Positions 10,774 through 17,851 of a stretch of DNA of 64,000 nt are shown one piece after another. The first letter of the stretch is position 1. Each line of letters begins with the position of its first letter. Below the pieces are notes generated by a model. It had not been told where the DNA came from and did no database searches. It saw only the letters and a program-made list of their open reading frames with translations. The DNA is from Christensenellaceae bacterium (lineage in GTDB: Bacteria > Bacillota > Clostridia > Christensenellales > CAG-138): positions 1,283,949-1,347,948 of the forward strand of contig OY762936.1 of the NCBI GenBank assembly GCA_963666935.1, given 5' to 3'. Position numbers and translations under genes: made by a program.

Positions 10774-11889
10774 ATGAAAGTGGCGGCCGTATTACTCGCC
10801 GCGGGTTCTTCTTCACGGATGGGTCGGGATAAGCTTACTTTAATCATCGGGGGCGAGAGCGTGCTCTCTCGTTCCTTTATGGCCCTGCGTGCGGCGGGGA
10901 TTTTGGATGTTGTGATCGTGGTGTCACAAACCACGCAAAAAGAGGCACAGCGGCTGCAAAGGGAATGCGGTGCCCAGCTGGCGCAAGGCGGGGCGACCCG
11001 CGGTGAGTCCGTGCTCAATGGCCTTCGTGCCGTGGACCATGCGGATGTGGTGGTGATTCACGACGGTGCTCGGTGCCTTGTAAGCCCTGAAATCATCAAA
11101 GCAAGCGTGGATTCTGCCGCAGTGTGCGGCAGCGGTGTGGCGGCGCTGGACGTCCGAGATACCATCAGGGATCGGGAGGGCGAAAGCCCAGATCGGAGCC
11201 GGCTACTGGTAATGCAGACCCCACAGTCCTTTGATTATCAAAAAATACTTGCCGCTTATGAATATGCCTTCGCGCAGGGGTTGGAGGCGACCGATGACTG
11301 TACCCTTTATGAGCGCATGTGGGGCGCGCCGCAATTTACGCCGGGAGGGCTGCTGAATCAAAAGCTAACCTGTCTGGAAGATCTGAATTTTTTCGAAGCC
11401 GTATTGGAAAAGAAGTGTATGAGAACGGGATATGGAGAAGACACCCATCGCCTGGTTGCCGGGCGGAAGCTGATCTTAGGTGGCATGGAACTACCATATG
11501 AAAAAGGGCTAGAGGGCCATTCGGATGCGGATGTGCTGACCCATGCGGTGATTGATGCGCTGTTGGGCGCGGCGGCGCTGGGGGATATCGGCAGGCTGTT
11601 TCCGGATAGCGACATGGCATATCAAGATATCTGCTCCCTGCTGCTGCTCAAGCGCGTGGGGCAGATGGTGCGGGAAAAGGGCTATGAAATAGCCAATGTG
11701 GACGTCACCGTCGTGGCCCAGGAGCCCAAACTCGCGCCGCATATGGAAAAGATGCAAAGCAATTTGGCGGCAGTTCTGGGCCTTTTGCCGGATCAGGTGA
11801 GCGTCAAGGCCACCACTCCGGAACATATGGGCCCAGAAGGAAATCTGGAATGCATCACCGCTCGGAGCGTGTGCTTGTTGGAGCAGTAA
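10774..11889 (+). CDS. ispDF: Bifunctional IspD/IspF (MEP cytidylyltransferase fused to MEcPP synthase)
   Basis: N-terminal half AAVLLAAGSSSRMG...VVIHDGARCL matches IspD. C-terminal half RTGYGEDTHRL...GHSDADVLTHAVIDALLGA matches IspF. Single uninterrupted 371-aa ORF. Confidence 0.9.
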   Translation: MKVAAVLLAAGSSSRMGRDKLTLIIGGESVLSRSFMALRAAGILDVVIVVSQTTQKEAQRLQRECGAQLAQGGATRGESVLNGLRAVDHADVVVIHDGARCLVSPEIIKASVDSAAVCGSGVAALDVRDTIRDREGESPDRSRLLVMQTPQSFDYQKILAAYEYAFAQGLEATDDCTLYERMWGAPQFTPGGLLNQKLTCLEDLNFFEAVLEKKCMRTGYGEDTHRLVAGRKLILGGMELPYEKGLEGHSDADVLTHAVIDALLGAAALGDIGRLFPDSDMAYQDICSLLLLKRVGQMVREKGYEIANVDVTVVAQEPKLAPHMEKMQSNLAAVLGLLPDQVSVKATTPEHMGPEGNLECITARSVCLLEQ

Positions 11890-11891
11890 AA

Positions 11892-11912
11892 AAAAGCGCC
11901 TCGGGCGCTTTT
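11892..11912. terminator. Bidirectional terminator shared by convergent ispDF and rarD
   Basis: AAAAGCGCC-TCG-GGCGCTTTT, a palindromic GC stem flanked by an A-run and a T-run. It overlaps the rarD stop codon. Confidence 0.6.
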
Positions 11913-12816
11913 AAGGGGTTTCTTTTGAGAGAATGGCTGGCTTTTTCTTTCGTTCCCGAATGATGAGGTCGGCGCTGTAAATCACAAGGGCTGCCAGCGT
12001 GAAAATAAAGGGCAGTATCTTCTCCGGCGTGAGGGTCTCTCCGCTCAGAAGCCCGCACAGCAGGGTCAGCGTGGGCGAAATGTACATCACCATGGAGATG
12101 GATAGATAGGGCGCCTTGTTCACACCGTTTGAAAAGAGGATCAGGGGAATCGCTGTGGCCGGGCCGGTTATCAGGAGCAGAACCAGCTGACCTCCCGAGA
12201 GGGAGTGTATAGTATCCATGTGAAAGATCAGTGCATATAGAATGGCAAATGGCACAGCAATGAGGCATTCGATGGCAGTTCCGGCTATGGGATCCACGGA
12301 AACACATTTTTTAACCGCGCCATAGGCGGTGAATGTGATTGGCAGTAACATTGAGAGAATCGGGAAGGTGCCATAGCGCAAAATTGTGAGAATTATGCCA
12401 ATTGCGATGATGCCCAAAGCAACCACCTGCATTGCGGTTCCCTTTTCTTTGAAGATGAGAAGGCTTATGACAAACACCATAAGCGGATTGATGTAATAGC
12501 CCAAACTTGCGTCCAAAGTGTGCCCGGAAGATATGGCATAGATGTAGAGGCCCCAGTTGAGCGTCACCAGAACGGAAGCAAGTACAAGCTGTTTCATGGC
12601 GGCTCTGTCCTTTAACACATCGAAGAACACCTTCAGCCGTTTCTGCAGGAAGAGCACCAAAAGCGCAAATATAAGCCCCCATAGGATGCGGTTGCAGAGC
12701 ACAAATATGGAAGAAAAGCCTGCGAGGAAATGCCAATACAGAGGCAAAAGCCCCCATATGATGTAGCCGAGCGCAACGGACGCAATGCCATTATTTTTCA
12801 ATCGTTCAAGATTCAT
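11911..12816 (-). CDS. rarD: EamA/RarD family (DMT superfamily) transporter
   Basis: About 10 predicted TM helices. N-terminus GIASVALGYIIWGLLPLYW is typical of RarD. Start chosen at ATG 12816 (MNLERLK) rather than the 12948 extension. Confidence 0.75.
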   Translation of the reverse strand: MNLERLKNNGIASVALGYIIWGLLPLYWHFLAGFSSIFVLCNRILWGLIFALLVLFLQKRLKVFFDVLKDRAAMKQLVLASVLVTLNWGLYIYAISSGHTLDASLGYYINPLMVFVISLLIFKEKGTAMQVVALGIIAIGIILTILRYGTFPILSMLLPITFTAYGAVKKCVSVDPIAGTAIECLIAVPFAILYALIFHMDTIHSLSGGQLVLLLITGPATAIPLILFSNGVNKAPYLSISMVMYISPTLTLLCGLLSGETLTPEKILPFIFTLAALVIYSADLIIRERKKKPAILSKETP

Positions 12817-13020
12817 AACGCGCACCCTACCAAGAAGATTCAAGATCCAGCCTATCATAACACATTTTGCGCCGCTTTGTAACCTGGATTCGATCTTTTC
12901 AAAGAAAACAATGCTTGGTATAATGATCAATAAGCAGTCTGCAACCATTTCTCCCCCCGCTTCGTATATAGAGTAAACTGTCAGGTAAAAAGAGGCAATA
13001 AAAAACGGAGGTAAGTCCCT

Positions 13021-14034
13021 ATGAAAAAGAGTATTTGCATTCTAATCGTACTTTTGATGACTACTGCGGTGTTTGGCTGCGCTGCAATAAGCAAAAATGA
13101 AACAAGCTCCGTGGCACCCGCGCCTTATGAACAGCCCGGTACGGCTGTCGGGGCTGCTGATTATGCCGGGGAGCAAAAATATGCGGCTGAAGACAGCAGC
13201 ACGTCTGGGGCTCCCGTAAATGACGAAGGCTCCAATCTGGGATCGGATGTCAATTATGGCAACCATAAGATCATTTCCACCTACACCATGGAGATGAACA
13301 CCGATGAGTTCGATACGCATTATCAGATGCTCAAAGATAAGTGCACTGAGTTGGGCGGCTATGTGCAATCTTCCAGCATCAACGGAACCAAACCCGAGGC
13401 GTATGGCGATCCTGGCCGGCGTGCCAGCATTACCTTCCGCGTTCCTTCGGATAAGGCGGAGGAGTTCGTAGCGATTACCGGCGGCACGGGCACCATTACG
13501 TACAGCAACAACAATACTCAGGATGTTTCGTTGGAGTATTTCGACAGCGAAACCCGGCTTGCGGTGCTAAAAACCCAGCTCTCTAGGCTAGAGAACATTC
13601 TGGTGAAGACGGATAACCTAGCGGATATCATCGAGCTGGAAAAGGAAATTGCGCGGGTCACCACCGAAATCGAGGGGATGACCACGCAGCTCCGCAAATA
13701 TGACGACCTGATCGACTATACCACCGTATATGTGAACATCAATGAAAACCAGCTTTCGCAGGGCCCCGCGGCTATGATGACCATGGGCGAGCGCATTTCC
13801 AAGGGCTTTGCGGATACCATGAATGGGCTGGGCGTGTTCTTTGAGAACTTTGCGGTGGGCTTCATCGTGGCGTTGCCCGTCATCCTTGTGGTACTGATCT
13901 TCATTGCGGCAGCGGCATTCATCGTCTGGTGGATTGTGCTGCTGATTCGGGGCATCAGTAGGACGATGAAGAAAAACGGGGAAAAACGCCGGGCGGCCCG
14001 GGCACTTCGGGATGCGCAAAGGATACGGAAATAA
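13021..14034 (+). CDS. DUF4349-type lipoprotein/membrane protein
   Basis: Lipobox VFGCAA. The HKIISTYTMEMNTDEFD...GGYVQSS core, a coiled-coil segment and C-terminal TM helices match my recollection of DUF4349 architecture. Confidence 0.65.
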   Translation: MKKSICILIVLLMTTAVFGCAAISKNETSSVAPAPYEQPGTAVGAADYAGEQKYAAEDSSTSGAPVNDEGSNLGSDVNYGNHKIISTYTMEMNTDEFDTHYQMLKDKCTELGGYVQSSSINGTKPEAYGDPGRRASITFRVPSDKAEEFVAITGGTGTITYSNNNTQDVSLEYFDSETRLAVLKTQLSRLENILVKTDNLADIIELEKEIARVTTEIEGMTTQLRKYDDLIDYTTVYVNINENQLSQGPAAMMTMGERISKGFADTMNGLGVFFENFAVGFIVALPVILVVLIFIAAAAFIVWWIVLLIRGISRTMKKNGEKRRAARALRDAQRIRK

Positions 14035-14058
14035 GGCACACAAGGAGAATAATTAGTT

Positions 14059-14841
14059 ATGAAGTTAAAGCAAATCATGATATTGCTCTTGGCTTTGGCG
14101 CTGGGGCTTGGTGTGGCCGGTTGTAAGAGCGAAGAGCAGATTCAGCAGGCGCAGAGCCAATCCAATCTCACCGAACAGGGAGACACCTATATCAACGTGG
14201 ATATGCGCAGTACCTTGTCCATTGCGGGTGAGGGTACAATCGAAGTAACGCCACAGGAGGCAACTGTGACCTTTGGGGTATCTGCTTATGCTGAAAGTGC
14301 GGAGGAAGCCCAGCAGAAAAACGCGGAAACTCTCACTGCAGTCACAACGTGTGTCAAGGGCTATAGCATCGGCGAGAAGGATATTTCTACCGGGGAGATC
14401 AGCGTACGCGAGCAGTATGACTACAAAGCGAATCCGCCTAAGCTGACAGGATATGAGGTTTATGCCGATCTTAAGGTTACCGTTCGGGATATGACTATTT
14501 TGGGAGACCTCATCAGCGATGCCTTTGCCGCAGGCGCTACGAACATCAACGGCCCGGAGTATTCCGCCGGGGATACAAATGTGCTGTATCAGCAAGCGCT
14601 TGCACAGGCGGTAGAAAACGCCAAGCAGAAGGCGGACATCATTGCCCAGAGTGCTGGCGTCGTCCTCTCCGTCGTGCCTATTTCCATTACGGAGCAAAGC
14701 GCCCAGAACAATCCAATTCTTTATTCCACCAGAGCAGTTGGCGAAACTTCCGATGTAAATGCGTCTGTGTCGGCGCCCATCGAGGTGCCTGAAATGGAAG
14801 TCACCGCTCAGGTGAATGTTGTGTACGAGATTACAAAATAG
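14059..14841 (+). CDS. SIMPL (DUF541) domain lipoprotein
   Basis: Lipobox GVAGC. LSIAGEGTIEVTPQEATVTFGV...AVENAKQKADIIAQSAG is typical of the SIMPL / 26-kDa periplasmic immunogenic protein family. Confidence 0.7.
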   Translation: MKLKQIMILLLALALGLGVAGCKSEEQIQQAQSQSNLTEQGDTYINVDMRSTLSIAGEGTIEVTPQEATVTFGVSAYAESAEEAQQKNAETLTAVTTCVKGYSIGEKDISTGEISVREQYDYKANPPKLTGYEVYADLKVTVRDMTILGDLISDAFAAGATNINGPEYSAGDTNVLYQQALAQAVENAKQKADIIAQSAGVVLSVVPISITEQSAQNNPILYSTRAVGETSDVNASVSAPIEVPEMEVTAQVNVVYEITK

Positions 14842-14850
14842 CTATACTGA

Positions 14851-14879
14851 AAGGGCGCGTTAACGCGCCCTTTTGTGTT
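14851..14879 (+). terminator. Rho-independent terminator
   Basis: AAGGGCGCG-TTAA-CGCGCCCTT 9-bp stem followed by TTGTGTT. Confidence 0.65.
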
Positions 14880-14906
14880 GCAAAAAATGGGAAAAGCACA
14901 TACAAT
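14878..14906 (+). promoter_or_regulatory. Sigma-A-type promoter placed for a leaderless transcript of the DUF2156 gene
   Basis: TTGCAA (14878-14883), 17-nt spacer, TACAAT (14901-14906). The ATG at 14913 lies only 6 nt after the -10 element and no SD is present. Confidence 0.45.
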
Positions 14907-14912
14907 ACAAGA

Positions 14913-15800
14913 ATGAGTATTTTATTTAAAGATGTGAATTTGAGCCTGAAGGAAACTGTTCAGAAATATACAAAAGCTCTGAGAATACAGAATTCCGAAT
15001 ATACGTTTACTAGTATGCTGATGTGGGGCGGCGACGGCAAGATTGCCATTGCAGAAGAAGAAAATACGCTTTTTATCCGCTACACATACCCTAAATTTCC
15101 CCTATTTGTGCTTTCCCCGCTGACTTTTGGGCCGCTTGAACCGGCGGTGAAGCAGGCGGAAGCGGAAATGAAACGTCAGGGGGCAACACCTCAGTTTCGC
15201 GGCATTCAAAAGAAGGACAAAGGTGTTTACGAGGCACTGGGGTATGCGGTTCGACCGGACCGCAGCAATTTCGACTATGTGTACAGCGAGGAGAAACTAA
15301 GGACGCTGGCAGGCAAGAAACTCCATGGCAAGCGCAACCACATCAACCGATTTTTGGGAGAAAACCCCAGCTGGGAATACGTGAAAATTGACGAAAGAAT
15401 GCTGGAAGAATGCCTGGCCGTTTACAACGAATGGTGCCAGGGAAAGAGTGAAGACGACCCGGACTGCGTGGGGGAGGCGTACGCGATTCGCATGGGGATC
15501 ACCCATATGAAAGCGTTGGGGCTTGTGGGTGGCGGCATCCGCATCGATGGGAAGCTGGCGGCGTTCACCTTGGCAGAGCGCATTGATTCGGAGATGGCGG
15601 TGGTACACATTGAAAAGGCGGACGGCAAGTTCAATGGGCTTTATCCTTTTATCAACCAGCAGTTTGTCACCCGTGAGCTTTCCGATGTGTTATGGATCAA
15701 CCGTGAGGAAGATATGGGCATCGAGGGCCTCAGAACTGCGAAACTTTCTTACCGCCCGGATAGAATGATTGAAAAATATGAGGCGATTTTTGAAAATTAG
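14913..15800 (+). CDS. DUF2156 domain protein (stand-alone homologue of the MprF C-terminal aminoacyl-transferase domain)
   Basis: FDYVYSEEKLRTLAGKKLHGKRNHINRF ... VVHIEKA...GLYPFINQQF ... NREEDMGIEGLRTAKLSYRP reads as the DUF2156 signature. No TM segments. Confidence 0.8.
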   Translation: MSILFKDVNLSLKETVQKYTKALRIQNSEYTFTSMLMWGGDGKIAIAEEENTLFIRYTYPKFPLFVLSPLTFGPLEPAVKQAEAEMKRQGATPQFRGIQKKDKGVYEALGYAVRPDRSNFDYVYSEEKLRTLAGKKLHGKRNHINRFLGENPSWEYVKIDERMLEECLAVYNEWCQGKSEDDPDCVGEAYAIRMGITHMKALGLVGGGIRIDGKLAAFTLAERIDSEMAVVHIEKADGKFNGLYPFINQQFVTRELSDVLWINREEDMGIEGLRTAKLSYRPDRMIEKYEAIFEN

Positions 15801-16596
15801 ACACATCGAAAGAGAGGAATATGCGGCGGCCCAAACAGTATGGGATGTCTGCTTTCCGGAAGACGCAGATGGGTTTTCCGCTTATTACTTTCAAAAGCGG
15901 ACATGCTTCCAAAACGTGATCGCCGCCTTTGACAGGGACGTGATGGCGGCATGCTTGCATGTCTTGCCTCAGCAGATTTGGGTAGGTGATAAGGCGCAAT
16001 CGGTGGGATTCATCGCGGGTGTGGGCACGCTGCCCCGTTACCGGATGCAGGGCCTGGCCAAGGAGCTTCTTCGCTTTGCCGCGCAGGAGGGGAAAGAGAG
16101 AAACGATTACGCGCTGATGCTCAAACCGGTGGATCCACGGTATTACACCGGCTTCGGCTTTGTGCCCTATGTGGTGAAAAATCGCTTTGAGGCGACGGAC
16201 GCCTTCTGCCCCGGGACGGAGCTTCTGTCGCCAACGGTCGAGGCGCTTCATGGGTTTTATTCTGCCTTTGCGCAGCAATTCGACGGGATGCGGCTGCGGA
16301 GCCTTGCGGATATGGAGTTGCTCCTGGAGGAATGGAACATGGTGGGCGCGCGGGTGTTTATGAGCAGGCGCGGCTATGTGGTTTGCGCCGTGGAAGGGGG
16401 AGACCTTTTGGAAGTGGAAGCTGCCGGCGATAGCCTGCCGATTCTGTCCGATTTGGCCAAAAAAGAGGGAAAAGTGACTTTCTATGCCATGGACGGAGGC
16501 GGGGCGGCCGAGATGGGCGGCGAGGTGTTTACCATGATTTACCATCTGGCTTCGCCGGAGGAAAAACGACCGGCGTGGTCGCTGGAGTATTACTAA
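15769..16596 (+). CDS. GNAT-family (Eis-like) N-acetyltransferase
   Basis: IRHIEREEY...VWDVCFPED N-terminus and the RMQGLAKELL acetyl-CoA-binding loop. Overlaps the DUF2156 3' end by 32 nt. Alternative starts are ATG 15778 and TTG 15790. Confidence 0.65.
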   Translation: MKNMRRFLKIRHIEREEYAAAQTVWDVCFPEDADGFSAYYFQKRTCFQNVIAAFDRDVMAACLHVLPQQIWVGDKAQSVGFIAGVGTLPRYRMQGLAKELLRFAAQEGKERNDYALMLKPVDPRYYTGFGFVPYVVKNRFEATDAFCPGTELLSPTVEALHGFYSAFAQQFDGMRLRSLADMELLLEEWNMVGARVFMSRRGYVVCAVEGGDLLEVEAAGDSLPILSDLAKKEGKVTFYAMDGGGAAEMGGEVFTMIYHLASPEEKRPAWSLEYY

Positions 16597-16679
16597 AGCA
16601 AGATGGTTACCATTCTATTCCTTTTGGCTTTGCCGGATGGAAAAAGGCCGGTATAGCCGCACGTATTGCTAAAAAAAAC

Positions 16680-16708
16680 TTGACGGACAAGTGGATGTAA
16701 GCTAATAT
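16680..16708 (+). promoter_or_regulatory. Sigma-A-type promoter candidate for yajC
   Basis: TTGACG (16680-16685), 17-nt spacer, TAATAT (16703-16708). Confidence 0.5.
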
Positions 16709-16745
16709 GGTTATACGTATTATATAAAAAGGATGGTAGGATTGA

Positions 16746-17081
16746 ATGAGTTCTGATGCACTGTCTGGAATTTCCAGCTTTTTTTCCAACGGCGGGCTTT
16801 TGATTCTTCTTCTGGTGGCCATGTTCGCCATCATGATTATTCCCCAGCGTAGGCGGGACAAGAAAATTAAGAACATGCTTAGTGCCCTTAAGGTTGGCGA
16901 CCGTGTTCGTACCATCGGTGGCATCTACGGCACCGTATCCACGATTAAGGATGACATTCTGACCCTTTCCGTGGGACCCGATAAAGTGCGTTTGGTATTT
17001 GCCCGCGGCGCCATCGCCACTGTGGAGAATGTTGCGCAGGAGGGTGCGGCGGTGGAAAACACCATCGAAGACCAGAAATAA
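16746..17081 (+). CDS. yajC: Preprotein translocase subunit YajC
   Basis: Single TM helix followed by MIIPQRRRDKK...LKVGDRVRTIGGIYGTV, the YajC signature. Confidence 0.9.
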   Translation: MSSDALSGISSFFSNGGLLILLLVAMFAIMIIPQRRRDKKIKNMLSALKVGDRVRTIGGIYGTVSTIKDDILTLSVGPDKVRLVFARGAIATVENVAQEGAAVENTIEDQK

Positions 17082-17095
17082 TCTAGAATCCAACA

Positions 17096-17127
17096 ATGCC
17101 CGCGAAAGATCGCGGGCATATTTTTTT
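17096..17127 (+). terminator. Rho-independent terminator after yajC
   Basis: ATGCCCGCGA-AAGA-TCGCGGGCAT 10-bp stem followed by ATTTTTTT. Confidence 0.7.
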
Positions 17128-17162
17128 GGGGTGACGCATATATATACCCATGATGGGGGGGG

Positions 17163-17561
17163 ATGATGGTGCGCACTGCAAGAGCTGTGGAAAAAAATCC
17201 GGTGATGCCGGTGGAAATGATCAAGGCGGGATTTTTAGCGTCTCTGGTAAGTTTGGGGCTGGTGATCCTTTACGCCGTGGCGCTTAAGGAACAGATCCTA
17301 CAGGCGTCTACCATGAGCGTGTTCACTTCGGTGATTAAAGTGCTCAGCGGTTTTGTGGCGGGACTTTTGGCGTCCCGGAAATCCAAGAGCAGAGGATGGC
17401 TTTGGGGGATGTGCGGCGGCGCTGTTTACGCACTGATGGCATTTGTGATTTTTTCTATCATTGCAGGCGCGTTCAGTTTTTCTGCGGCATTGCTGTCGGA
17501 TGTGGGGATGTGTGCCGCTGCGGGAGCACTGGCGGCCATGGTGAGGCGGATGCTCAAATAG
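17163..17561 (+). CDS. Small polytopic membrane protein, about 4 TM helices (possibly the TIGR04086-like family)
   Basis: Hydrophobic stretches AGFLASLVSLGLVILYAV, VFTSVIKVLSGFVAGLLA, GGAVYALMAFVIFSIIAGAF and VGMCAAAGALAAMV. The family assignment is from memory only. The start codon is uncertain. Confidence 0.5.
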   Translation: MMVRTARAVEKNPVMPVEMIKAGFLASLVSLGLVILYAVALKEQILQASTMSVFTSVIKVLSGFVAGLLASRKSKSRGWLWGMCGGAVYALMAFVIFSIIAGAFSFSAALLSDVGMCAAAGALAAMVRRMLK

Positions 17562-17564
17562 TCC

Positions 17565-17593
17565 TTGTACAGCACCTGGTTTTGATGTATAAT
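17565..17593 (+). promoter_or_regulatory. Sigma-A-type promoter for the SCIFF precursor gene
   Basis: TTGTAC (17565-17570), 17-nt spacer, TATAAT (17588-17593) with TG immediately upstream. Confidence 0.55.
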
Positions 17594-17630
17594 ATTCGCA
17601 ATCGTTAGTTCAATATGGAGGATTATGAAT

Positions 17631-17774
17631 ATGAAGCACATTGAAACCATCCAGAAGCCTTGTATAAATACAAAGAGCAATTCAGGCTGTGGCGAATGCC
17701 AGGCATCCTGCCAGTCAGCCTGCAAGACTTCCTGTACTGTCGCAAACCAGAAGTGCAAGAGGGAAGGAAAATAA
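17631..17774 (+). CDS. scfA: Six-cysteine ranthipeptide precursor SCIFF (47 aa), not in the ORF track
   Basis: GGAGGA (17617-17622) lies 8 nt before ATG 17631. Translation is MKHIETIQKPCINTKSNSGCGECQASCQSACKTSCTVANQKCKREGK, ending at TAA 17772-17774. The GCGECQxSCQSACKTSCTVxNQxC core and MKHI N-terminus match the SCIFF family as I remember it. It lies immediately upstream of a SPASM radical-SAM enzyme. Confidence 0.85.
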   Translation: MKHIETIQKPCINTKSNSGCGECQASCQSACKTSCTVANQKCKREGK

Positions 17775-17791
17775 TTTCGATTCAAAATGCG

Positions 17792-17835
17792 CATGAGCAG
17801 TATTCCCTCAAGGGAGTTACTGCTCATGTTTTGTT
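17792..17835 (+). terminator. Intrinsic terminator/attenuator between scfA and scfB
   Basis: CATGAGCAGTA (17792-17802) pairs with TACTGCTCATG (17818-17828). An inner TCCC/GGGA extension is present, followed by TTTTGTT. Confidence 0.6.
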
Positions 17836-17851
17836 CATATAGGAGCCGAAT

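Noticed and set aside
17615-17644. 9-aa mini-ORF (MEDYEYEAH) and the alternative ATG 17625 start (MNMKH...) for the SCIFF peptide
   Set aside because: The GGAGGA at 17617-17622 is 8 nt from ATG 17631 but only 2 nt from ATG 17625 and overlaps ATG 17615. The MKHI N-terminus also matches the family.
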